Positions 55,842 through 64,000 of a stretch of DNA of 64,000 bases are shown here, piece after piece. Source of the DNA: Candidatus Yanofskybacteria bacterium RIFCSPHIGHO2_01_FULL_43_32 (GTDB taxonomy: Bacteria; Patescibacteriota; Minisyncoccia; 2-02-FULL-40-12; GWA2-44-9); NCBI GenBank assembly GCA_001794125.1, contig MGJF01000002.1:108514-172513 (forward strand). Reading direction: 5' to 3'. Made by a program: the position numbers and the translations under genes. The number at the start of each line of letters is the position of its first letter. Position 1 is the stretch's first letter. Below the pieces are notes generated by a model, which had not been told where the DNA came from, made no database searches, and worked only from the letters and a program-made list of their open reading frames with translations.

Positions 55842-56891
55842 ATGTTAAACAAACTCTTTGGACATTGGTCAAAGGATATCGGCATAGACTTGGGTACGGC
55901 AAATACTCTGGTTTATGTTCGCGGGAAAGGGATTGTCATCAACGAACCGTCAATTGTGGCCGTGAACCAAAAAACCGGCAAAATATTGGCTATCGGCAAA
56001 GAAGCCAGAACGATGGTTGGCCGGACCCCCGGATATATCACGGTTTCCCGCCCTTTGATTAACGGCGTTGTTTCCGATTTTGAAGTGACCGAGCAGATGC
56101 TTAAATATTTTATTGATAAGGTCCATCAGGAGAGTTTTACTTTGTTGCCCCGGCCGAGAGTGGTGGTCGGAATTCCTTCAGGAGTTACGGAAGTGGAAAA
56201 AAGGGCCGTTGAAGACGCGACCTACAATGCCGGCGCGAGAGAGGTTTATCTTATTGAAGAGCCGATGGCCGCGGCTATCGGAGCGCGTCTGCCCGTTCAT
56301 GAGGCGGTGGCAAATGTAATAGTGGATATGGGCGGCGGCACGACCGAAGTGGCGGTTATTTCCATGGGCGGTGTCATTGCTTCCCGTTCTCTGCGGGTAG
56401 CCGGAGACAAGCTCAACGAAGACATCGTCAGATATTTGAGAGAAGAAAGAAATCTTTTGGTGGGAGAAGCCACGGCAGAAAATTTGAAATTAACCCTGGG
56501 TTCGGCTTATCCTTCCGAAGAGGAGGGAGAAGGCCGCGTGAGAGGCAGGGATTTAGTTTCCGGCTTGCCCAAGGAAATATCCATAACTTCAGAAGAGATC
56601 AGGGAAGCGATGCAGCGTTCCGTAAAAAGCATTGTTCTTGCCGTTAAAAATACAATTGAAGAAACCCCTCCCGAACTGACAGCCGATCTGATAAACAGGC
56701 ACATATTCTTGGCCGGCGGCGGAGCGTTGTTAAACGGTCTGGATAAAATGATAGCCCACGAAACCAAATTATTCGTCAAAATAGTGGATGATCCTTTGAC
56801 CGCCGTGGCAAGGGGATGCGGTTTTGTGCTTGAAAATGTGGACCAGCTAAAAAACGTTCTGGTTGCCACCCAAAAAGACGATTACTTTTAA
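55842..56891 (+). CDS. mreB: Rod shape-determining protein MreB
   Basis: GIDLGTANT, EEPMAAAIGA, DMGGGTTE, GGGA. Confidence 0.97.
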   Translation: MLNKLFGHWSKDIGIDLGTANTLVYVRGKGIVINEPSIVAVNQKTGKILAIGKEARTMVGRTPGYITVSRPLINGVVSDFEVTEQMLKYFIDKVHQESFTLLPRPRVVVGIPSGVTEVEKRAVEDATYNAGAREVYLIEEPMAAAIGARLPVHEAVANVIVDMGGGTTEVAVISMGGVIASRSLRVAGDKLNEDIVRYLREERNLLVGEATAENLKLTLGSAYPSEEEGEGRVRGRDLVSGLPKEISITSEEIREAMQRSVKSIVLAVKNTIEETPPELTADLINRHIFLAGGGALLNGLDKMIAHETKLFVKIVDDPLTAVARGCGFVLENVDQLKNVLVATQKDDYF

Positions 56892-56899
56892 AAAAAATT

Positions 56900-57694
56900 A
56901 TGGCCAGACCGTCTTTTAAAACATTTCTCCTCCTCACCACTATTATTACCGGCGCTGTTTTTTTTAATAAGTACGCCATAAAAGACGGCCTGATTTTTTT
57001 TCCGGAATCTTTTATGAAATTGGGAAATTACTTGTTTATAAAAGCAGAAAGTTTTGGCGGTTTTATGGAAAAAATAAAAAATTTCAACCGTCTCGCAAGC
57101 GAAAATGATAAATTAAAACAGAATCAGGAGGCGATTTTGGGCTTGAAAGCAAGAGTTGACGACCTGGAAGATGAAAATGGTTTTTTAAGACGCTCCGGCC
57201 GTATTGCCCAGAAATTCGACCACCCCGTTGTTTATGCCGGTATTTTCAATCTTAATCTTGCTCCTGCCGGATATAATGTCCTGTTGAACAAGGGAGCCCA
57301 AGATGGCGTATCTGTCGATGATGTTGTGGTCACCGCCGAAGGAATATTGGTCGGAAAAATCCAGAAGGTTATGCGGAACTTTTCGAGGGTTCTTTTTGTT
57401 TCCGATCCTGAATTAAAAATTACCGCCAAAACGCTTAATTCCGGTACGACAGGCATCGTACGGGGCGCTTTGGGTGAGGGTATGTATTTTGATTTTGTCA
57501 TCCAAGAAGACGAAATAAAAGAGGGAGATGTGCTGATATCGACCGGCAATGACATGTTCCCCCCGGCCCTGGTTATCGGTTCCGTAGAAAATATTGAGGT
57601 CAACGCAACCCAAATATTCAAGAAGATCCGCATCCGCCCCGCCATTAAAGACACCCAATTAGGCAGGGTATTGGTAATAAAATTAAACAAATGA
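56900..57694 (+). CDS. mreC: Rod shape-determining protein MreC
   Basis: TM helix, coiled coil, NKG..DG, G.LVG, FP....IG; follows mreB. Confidence 0.9.
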   Translation: MARPSFKTFLLLTTIITGAVFFNKYAIKDGLIFFPESFMKLGNYLFIKAESFGGFMEKIKNFNRLASENDKLKQNQEAILGLKARVDDLEDENGFLRRSGRIAQKFDHPVVYAGIFNLNLAPAGYNVLLNKGAQDGVSVDDVVVTAEGILVGKIQKVMRNFSRVLFVSDPELKITAKTLNSGTTGIVRGALGEGMYFDFVIQEDEIKEGDVLISTGNDMFPPALVIGSVENIEVNATQIFKKIRIRPAIKDTQLGRVLVIKLNK

Positions 57695-58053
57695 AAACTT
57701 GGTTGATCGCAGCTTTCTTTTTAGCGGGCATATTTCTTGACGGTATAATTTTTCCGGGATTTTTCGGTTTCAGAGAAAGTTTTTTGACGATAATTTTTCT
57801 TGTGGTTATGCTTCTGTACCATAAAGCCGATTTTCAGGGCTTGATTATCGGAGCAATATTCGCCGGGTTAGTCGAATTTTATTGGGGATTAAAAATGGGA
57901 ACTTTGATGCTGCCCTTATTGGCGTCAGCGGGAATATTTTTTTTGTTAAACATATTCTTTAATATCAAAAGCGGGGTTTTGACGGCGCTTTCCGGCGCGG
58001 TCATGTTCGTTATCTTTTGGGAGGCATCGACTCTAATAACTAAAATATTGTAA
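57691..58053 (+). CDS. mreD: MreD-like membrane protein
   Basis: Hydrophobic ORF between mreC and the PBP2 gene. Confidence 0.6.
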   Translation: MKTWLIAAFFLAGIFLDGIIFPGFFGFRESFLTIIFLVVMLLYHKADFQGLIIGAIFAGLVEFYWGLKMGTLMLPLLASAGIFFLLNIFFNIKSGVLTALSGAVMFVIFWEASTLITKIL

Positions 58054-58057
58054 TTTA

Positions 58058-59938
58058 ATGTCAAAAAAAGAGTATAAAATTTCAATTAGCGGGGACTGGG
58101 TTGCTCCGGAGGAAACGCTTTTAGATTCGGGCAGTGAATACTCGGATCTTGAAACGCCAATTTCAGCTAATGCTTTCAAACTGATTTTTATAGCAGCCGT
58201 TATTCTATTTGTTGCAGTCATGGCGCTTACTTTTAAAATAGGGATTGCCGGCCATGATTCTTTTGCAAATCTTGCCCTACAGAATAAGTCTGTGAATTTT
58301 CTTATTCCCCCCCCTAGGGGTATTATCACGGATCGATTTGGAAAGCCATTGGTAAAAAATTTGCCAAGCTTTGATCTGCTGATTGTTTCAAGAGGAATCA
58401 GAGAAAATCAATCGGAAGATAATCAGAACAGGATTGCCGAAATTTTAAAAATTCAACCGGAAGAATTTAAAACTTTTATTTCAGACGGGATTAAAACAAG
58501 TTCCATTTTTTTTGCCGCAACCGACCTGAATAAAGATCAAGTTCTGGCAATCAAGTACCTCAATCCCGACGGCTACTATATTGTCCCGAACACCAAGCGT
58601 TATTACTTAGACGGCCATCAATTTTCTCAAGTTGCGGGTTATGTCGGGAAAGTCAACAAAAACGACTTGAAGGACGAATATTATTATTCCACCGATATAA
58701 TCGGCCGTTTGGGGGCAGAAGCCCAATACGAAGAAATTTTAAGAGGGGAACATGGAAGGATTTTATTCGGCAAAGAAAAAGACGAGAATTTGAATAAGGA
58801 CCCGGTTCAAGGGAATAACTTAGTTTTGAATATTGATTACGATTTGCAAAAGAAACTGTATAATGAACTTTACGGAGTTTTAACTTCGGCGGGTCTGTCC
58901 CGCGGGGCGGCGGTAATTCAGAATCCCCGGAACGGCGCCGTGTTGGCGATGGTGAGTTTCCCTTCTTTTGATAACAATATCTTTATAAAAGGCCTGTCGG
59001 ATAGCCAGTTTAAGAATCTCTTTGAAAGTAATGCCAAACCGCTTTTTAACAGGGTAATAAGCGGATTATATAATCCCGGTTCGACCATCAAGCCCTTCAT
59101 GGGCATGGCGGCGCTTCAGGAAGGAATAATTACTTCTCAAGACACCATTCGCGACTGTGTTAGTTTGGTCGTTCCCAATCCTTTTGATAAAAACTCCCCC
59201 TATGTGTTTAAGAATTGGAGACAGGATTACGGCCTTTTCAATTTGAGGCGGGCCATTGCCCAATCATGCAACGTTTTCTTTTTTGCCATAGGGGGCGGAT
59301 TCGGAAATATTTCCGGTCTTGGCGCGGAAAAAATAGCGAAATATCTTTCGACCGGACTGGCTAATGTAAAATTAGGAATAGATATGCCGGGAGAAGAGTA
59401 TGGTTTTGTTCCCGACCCTGATTGGAAACTCCAAACAAGAGGTGAAAATTGGTATCAGGGGGATACTTATAATATTTCCGTAGGCCAAGGCGACTTATTG
59501 GTCACTCCTTTGTGGTTGAATACCTATGTTTCGGCCATTGCCAATGGGGGCACTCTTTATAAACCCATGGTCGCCCAGAAGACGGTTGATGAAAGGAACA
59601 ACGATTTGGAAGTATTTATGCAAAAAGCGCTCGCAAAACTGCCTTTCAAGGACGATGTCATTCGGGAGATGAAAAGCGATATGGAAGAAACGGTAATTTC
59701 CGGAACGGCCGGGACGCTGAAAGATTTACCCGTTAGAGTGGGCGCGAAGACCGGTACGGCCGAAGTGGTAAAAGGCAAAAGCATCAACTCCCTGTTCACC
59801 GCTTTTGCTCCTTTTGAAAATCCGGAACTTAATATTACGGTTTTGATAGAAGGTTCGGCTTCAAATCAAGGACTGGCTATTCGGGTAGCCCACAATGTAT
59901 TAAAATGGTATTTTGGAGAATATCAACAGAACCCTTGA
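58058..59938 (+). CDS. mrdA: Penicillin-binding protein 2
   Basis: PRG.I.DR.G, GSTIK, SCN, KTGT. Confidence 0.92.
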   Translation: MSKKEYKISISGDWVAPEETLLDSGSEYSDLETPISANAFKLIFIAAVILFVAVMALTFKIGIAGHDSFANLALQNKSVNFLIPPPRGIITDRFGKPLVKNLPSFDLLIVSRGIRENQSEDNQNRIAEILKIQPEEFKTFISDGIKTSSIFFAATDLNKDQVLAIKYLNPDGYYIVPNTKRYYLDGHQFSQVAGYVGKVNKNDLKDEYYYSTDIIGRLGAEAQYEEILRGEHGRILFGKEKDENLNKDPVQGNNLVLNIDYDLQKKLYNELYGVLTSAGLSRGAAVIQNPRNGAVLAMVSFPSFDNNIFIKGLSDSQFKNLFESNAKPLFNRVISGLYNPGSTIKPFMGMAALQEGIITSQDTIRDCVSLVVPNPFDKNSPYVFKNWRQDYGLFNLRRAIAQSCNVFFFAIGGGFGNISGLGAEKIAKYLSTGLANVKLGIDMPGEEYGFVPDPDWKLQTRGENWYQGDTYNISVGQGDLLVTPLWLNTYVSAIANGGTLYKPMVAQKTVDERNNDLEVFMQKALAKLPFKDDVIREMKSDMEETVISGTAGTLKDLPVRVGAKTGTAEVVKGKSINSLFTAFAPFENPELNITVLIEGSASNQGLAIRVAHNVLKWYFGEYQQNP

Positions 59939-59979
59939 ATTTTATATTAAAAAGCGTAATATATCTTAATCAACGTTTA

Positions 59980-60067
59980 GCCCTCTTTCGCTAAAGCTAC
60001 GGAAGGGCACTTCTTCGCTCAATGAAGAAATGCCCGCACTTCGAAGCTCCGAAGGAGCGAAGAAGTG
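59980..60067 (+). repeat. Cluster of short palindromic repeats overlapping the greA start
   Basis: ccctctttcgctaaagctacggaaggg resembles 10923-10950; gctcc-gaa-ggagc hairpin. Confidence 0.65.
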
Positions 60068-60523
60068 GACAATCAATATTTTTCAAAAGAAGGATTGGAA
60101 AAATTAAAAAGAGAGCTCGAAGAGAGGCTTAATGTTATGCGTCCGGAAATAGCCCAGCGTATCAAGGAAGCGAAGGAACTGGGTGATTTGTCCGAAAACG
60201 CGGAATATGATTCAGCCAAAGAAGCCCAGGCCTTGAACGAGGGCAGAATAGAGGATATAAAAAGCACTCTGGAAAGCGCGGTAATTATAACCGGAAACAA
60301 TCTTAGCGGAACCGTCGGTGTCGGTTCGGGCATAAAGGTAGAATCTAAAGACGGAACCCGTTCGTTTGTCATTGTCGGGGCAGCCGAATCCGATCCGATA
60401 AAAGGGTTTATTTCAAATGAGTCTCCTTTGGGAAAAGCATTTTTGGGACACAAGAAGGGAGATAAACTTGAAGTAAGGACGCCTAAGGGAATTGTGGAAT
60501 ATAAAATTGTTGAGGTAAACTAA
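60065..60523 (+). CDS. greA: Transcription elongation factor GreA
   Basis: GDLSENAEY..AKE.Q, ISNESPLG.A. Confidence 0.96.
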   Translation: MDNQYFSKEGLEKLKRELEERLNVMRPEIAQRIKEAKELGDLSENAEYDSAKEAQALNEGRIEDIKSTLESAVIITGNNLSGTVGVGSGIKVESKDGTRSFVIVGAAESDPIKGFISNESPLGKAFLGHKKGDKLEVRTPKGIVEYKIVEVN

Positions 60524-60599
60524 ACGAACGCCCCTTTATTTAACAAACCTATCCAGGACGATGAATCAGTCGGAATAGGGCGTTCGTTTTTGATTATGA

Positions 60600-60626
60600 A
60601 AAAAGGGCCCCGTTGCGGGGCCCTTT
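60600..60626. terminator. Intrinsic terminator
   Basis: aaagggcccc/ggggcccttt hairpin with T-tract on the minus strand. Confidence 0.75.
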
Positions 60627-60669
60627 GGCTTCTCCTTTCGAATCTCTGTCTGGCTGGCGCGGTCCCGGC

Positions 60670-61134
60670 TTAGTAGGTCAGGCCGGGACCGAAAAACTCG
60701 ACTTCCAGCGGGAGTTCGTCTCGGACGATATTGAGCTTCTCCTTGGCATTGTCGACGTCGGCGCTCGCCGCGTAGACGTTGTTCTGGGCGATCTTGATGG
60801 CCTCGTCGAGCTCCGCCCTCATTTCCTTGAGCATGGCGGCATCGATGATGGTCTCCGGCGTATCGGTCTCCACCTCCCCCAACTTCTTGCGGAGATCTTT
60901 CAGCGCCGCTTCGGCGCTGGCCAGCTTGCTCTTGGCGACGGTAAGTTCGTCCTCGTACCGCTCGTTGAGCGGGATGGCACGCTCGTCGGGGTTGAACCCG
61001 ATCCACCTGTCGCCGACGAGGCCGATGTGGCGGGTGACCGAGCGCTGATTGAGCCCTTTCCCCGTAGGGATGGTGACTTGCGCACGCTTGCCGTTGGCCA
61101 ACTTGCTGACCGAGCTGACCGCGTAACTCTTCAT
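60670..61134 (-). CDS. GC-rich hypothetical protein with a C-terminal coiled coil (ATG 61134)
   Basis: AAGGAG SD; GC3-rich codons; heptad-rich C-terminal half. Confidence 0.75.
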   Translation of the reverse strand: MKSYAVSSVSKLANGKRAQVTIPTGKGLNQRSVTRHIGLVGDRWIGFNPDERAIPLNERYEDELTVAKSKLASAEAALKDLRKKLGEVETDTPETIIDAAMLKEMRAELDEAIKIAQNNVYAASADVDNAKEKLNIVRDELPLEVEFFGPGLTY

Positions 61135-61140
61135 GGCTGT

Positions 61141-61255
61141 CTCCTTCGTCCCCAGCACCACTTTTAAAACAAAGGTGGTGCTGGGTTTACGGGTTTCCGA
61201 ACGAATTGTCAGTGAACGTATCTACATTATAGCACACTTTTAACCATTGTGTCAA
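61141..61255 (-). promoter_or_regulatory. Promoter, boxA-like motif, leader hairpin and SD
   Basis: TTGACA-18-TATAAT; GTTCACTGACAAT (61217-61205); cccagcaccac/gtggtgctggg hairpin; AAGGAG. Confidence 0.7.
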
Positions 61256-61264
61256 ATTAAGTAA

Positions 61265-61457
61265 AAACCGGCCTCCGCCATCCGCCAACTGGCGGAGGCG
61301 GATGAGCCGGTTTCAACGGCTCACACATGTGAGCCGTTGATTTGTCGTATCAAAGAGAGTTTGATCCCTTATTGCCAAGTATCAGCTAACCACCTAAACA
61401 ACCAACGGAGGGAGATTGCCTGCCTGCCGGCAGGCAGGTGTCAGCGATGTGGAGTTT
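61265..61457. repeat. Mosaic of nested palindromes, the 28-bp palindrome and a degenerate family 2 copy (minus strand)
   Basis: tccgcca-ac-tggcgga; 61313-61340; cctgcctgccggcaggcagg inside family 2 arms. Confidence 0.7.
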
Positions 61458-61528
61458 TTGTTTATTTTTTGTTAGTATTTAGATATTGTTTAGAAATTAG
61501 GATTTAGAAATTAGAAATTGTTTTTGCC

Positions 61529-62983
61529 ATGGCTTTAGACGAAATTCGTAAGACAAAAATTAAGAAAGTTGAAGAATTAAGGAAATCAGGTATTGACCCG
61601 TATCCGGCAAGTTCGGCGCGGACAAATTCCATTAAGGAAGCTATTGAAAATTATGATGAATGGAAGGACAAAAACACGATTACTTTAGCCGGAAGAATAA
61701 TGGCAAGAAGAGAACACGGCGGTTCCACGTTTTTTGATATTGACGATGGTTCCGGCAATATTCAGGCATATATTAAAGAAGACGTGGTCGGCTCTGATGA
61801 ATACAAACATTTTCAGGAGTCCGTAGATCGCGGAGATTTTATTGAAGTAGAAGGACAGCTTAAAGACACTAAAAGGCAGGAAAAAACTATTTATGTAAAC
61901 AAGTATAGTTTGCTTACCAAGGCATTATTGCCTTTGCCGGAAAAATGGCACGGCTTGGAAAATGAAGAAGAACGGCTCCGCAAGAGATATCTGGACTTAA
62001 TCATGAATCCGGAAGAGAAAGAGCTGTTTATTAAAAAATCCCGTTTTTGGCAGGCGACCAGAGAATTTTTAATTAAAGAAGGCGGGCTGGAAGTGGAAAC
62101 CCCCGTTCTTGAGCAGATTCCCGGCGGAGCTGATGCGGAACCGTTTAAGACGCATATGAACGCTTTAGACATGGATCTTTATTTGAGAATTGCTCCGGAA
62201 CTTCATTTGAAACGGTTGGTTGTTGCCGGATTTGAAAAAGTTTTTGAAATAGGCAGGATATTTCGAAATGAGGGAATTGATCGCGAGCATTTGCAGGACT
62301 ATACCCAGATGGAAATGTATTGGGCGTACTATGATTATGAAAAGTTGATGGAACTTGTCGAACGGCTGGTAAGGAATGTAGTTATGGAAACCCTCGGAAC
62401 TCTTTCGCATCAATACCGTGGCAAGGATATTAACTGGGAAAACAAATGGAAACATTACGATTATTTTGATGAATTTAATAAATATACCTGCTTGAATTTA
62501 AGGGATATAAGCGAAAGGGATTTAAAAAAATATGCGGAAAAAGAAGGGATAGACACCTCGCTTCATGTCGGTAAGGGCAGGTTAATTGACGTAATATTCA
62601 AAAAGAAAGTGCGGCCGGAATTATGGGAAACTGGATTTTTGGTTTTGCCACCGGTTGATATAGAACCATTGGCAAAAAGATCGCCTGAAAACTATAATAA
62701 GGTGAAAAGATTTCAAATAATGGCTGGGGGCACGGAATTGGGCAAAGGGTTTTCAGAATTAAACGATCCGCTGGACCAGCGCAAGCGTTTTGAAGAGCAA
62801 ACAAAACTTCGGGAAAAAGGGGATAAAGAAGCCCAAAGAATGGATGATGACTTTGTTGAGGCATTGGAATACGGCATGCCGCCGACAGCGGGATTTGCCT
62901 ATTCTGAAAGATTATTTTCTTTTATAATGGACAGGTCGGTTAGAGAAACCGTATTTTTCCCATTAATGAAGCATAGAGATTAA
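61529..62983 (+). CDS. lysS: Lysine--tRNA ligase (class II)
   Basis: LPEKWHGL, LRIAPEL.LKRL..G, FRNEG, YGMPPTAG. Confidence 0.96.
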   Translation: MALDEIRKTKIKKVEELRKSGIDPYPASSARTNSIKEAIENYDEWKDKNTITLAGRIMARREHGGSTFFDIDDGSGNIQAYIKEDVVGSDEYKHFQESVDRGDFIEVEGQLKDTKRQEKTIYVNKYSLLTKALLPLPEKWHGLENEEERLRKRYLDLIMNPEEKELFIKKSRFWQATREFLIKEGGLEVETPVLEQIPGGADAEPFKTHMNALDMDLYLRIAPELHLKRLVVAGFEKVFEIGRIFRNEGIDREHLQDYTQMEMYWAYYDYEKLMELVERLVRNVVMETLGTLSHQYRGKDINWENKWKHYDYFDEFNKYTCLNLRDISERDLKKYAEKEGIDTSLHVGKGRLIDVIFKKKVRPELWETGFLVLPPVDIEPLAKRSPENYNKVKRFQIMAGGTELGKGFSELNDPLDQRKRFEEQTKLREKGDKEAQRMDDDFVEALEYGMPPTAGFAYSERLFSFIMDRSVRETVFFPLMKHRD

Positions 62984-62984
62984 T

Positions 62985-64000
62985 ATGTTAGATATAAAAT
63001 TTATTAGAAATAATCAGGAGAAAGTCAGAGAAGCCATCAAGAACAAGAATGTTGATTTGGATTTGGATAAACTTTTGGCTGCCGATGAAAGGCGCAGGCA
63101 CTTATTGAGCGAATCAGAAGCGCTGAAGGCGGAACAAAACAAGCGTTCCAAGGGCCCGCAGTCGCCGGTTGATTTGGAAGAATTAAAGGCCCTAAAAGAG
63201 AAGAAGAAATTGGTAGAGAATGAGTTGGCTTGCGTAGAAGAGGATTTTGGAAAATTGATGTCGCAGGTGCCTAATATTCCATCCGAAGATACTCCGGTCG
63301 GGCCCGATGAATCGGGGAATAAGATTTTAGGGCAATGGGGTAAGATAAAGAATTTTGATTTCAAACCCAAGGAGCATTGGGAGCTTGGTGAGTCTTTGGA
63401 TTTGATTGACAGCGAAAGAGCGGCCAAAGTTTCCGGAGCGAGGTTTACTTACCTGAAACGCGGATTGGTTTTGATGGAATTTGCTATTATTCAATACGGA
63501 CTTTCGGTTTTAACTGATGAAAAATTACTAAAGAAAATTATAAAAAAATCAGGATTGGATATAAGACTGACTCCATTTATCCCTATCCTTCCGCCTGTTT
63601 TCATAAAACCTGATGTTTTTCAAAAAATGGCCCGTCTGGAACCGAAAGAAGAAAGATATCACATTCCAACCGACGACTTATATTTGATTGGAAGTGCCGA
63701 GCATACTATGGGTTCTATGCATATGGATGAAACGTTTAAAGAAGAGGATTTGCCTGTCCGTTACGTAGGATTTTCTACCGCTTTCAGAAGGGAGGCCGGT
63801 TCTTATGGAAAGGACATGAAAGGTATTTTGAGAGTTCATCAATTTGATAAATTGGAGATGGAATCATTTTGTCTGCCGGAGAATTCTATAAAAGAACAGG
63901 ATTTCTTTGTGGCTATTCAGGAATATTTCTTCCAAGAATTAAATATACCCTATCAGGTTGTGGCAATTTGCACAGGCGATATGGGAGGACCTGATGCCAG
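62985..64000 (+). CDS. serS: Serine--tRNA ligase, 3'-truncated by the window edge
   Basis: Manual translation MLDIKFIRNN..., PNIP, KEHWELG, FRREAGSYGKD..G..RVHQFDKLE. Confidence 0.95.
   Translation, partial: MLDIKFIRNNQEKVREAIKNKNVDLDLDKLLAADERRRHLLSESEALKAEQNKRSKGPQSPVDLEELKALKEKKKLVENELACVEEDFGKLMSQVPNIPSEDTPVGPDESGNKILGQWGKIKNFDFKPKEHWELGESLDLIDSERAAKVSGARFTYLKRGLVLMEFAIIQYGLSVLTDEKLLKKIIKKSGLDIRLTPFIPILPPVFIKPDVFQKMARLEPKEERYHIPTDDLYLIGSAEHTMGSMHMDETFKEEDLPVRYVGFSTAFRREAGSYGKDMKGILRVHQFDKLEMESFCLPENSIKEQDFFVAIQEYFFQELNIPYQVVAICTGDMGGPDA

Noticed and set aside
60566-61167. Overlapping ORFs 60566-61006 (-), 60613-61167 (+) and 60779-61048 (+)
   Set aside because: These are shadow frames of a GC-rich gene; only 61134-60670 has an SD, promoter and terminator.
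1932-61457. Repeats as a CRISPR array
   Set aside because: Copies are dispersed and long, are not separated by regular spacers, and no cas genes are present.
63014-63427. Minus-strand 137-aa ORF
   Set aside because: Antisense shadow of serS, which runs off the window on the plus strand.
1-64000. Alternative genetic code (TGA recoding) or a prophage
   Set aside because: Conserved genes end at TGA at expected lengths (aspS, ruvA, frr), and no phage structural, terminase or integrase genes are recognisable.

Overview
Bacterial chromosomal window, standard genetic code. Gene content and compact AT-rich intergenic regions suggest a Patescibacteria/CPR (Parcubacteria-like) genome; this is inference. 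The backbone is housekeeping: secDF, ddl, aspS, a DD-carboxypeptidase, mraY, ftsW, rpsT, uvrB, ruvA, a FemAB-family gene, murE, lon, polX, murG, holB, frr, rseP, proS, mreBCD-pbp2, greA, lysS, serS (partial) and tRNA-Lys(TTT), plus a class F sortase with an LPxTG substrate. Two patterns stand out. (1) About ten isolated accessory genes sit singly between core genes and share one expression architecture: a near-consensus sigma70 promoter, a boxA-like GNTCTTTGACAA-type motif just after the predicted start site, usually a clear Shine-Dalgarno, and often an intrinsic terminator. Core genes mostly lack SD sequences and look leaderless or short-leadered. (2) Intergenic spaces are mosaics of several families of dispersed, structured, nested repeats. 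One family keeps a covarying three-stem fold with conserved GCTTGGT and CGCYGGA loops, and filled and empty alleles in the window show small palindromes inserting into these repeats; similar palindromes sit in frame inside genes. No transposase, integrase or CRISPR array is visible. All calls come from motif reading; no database searches were run.
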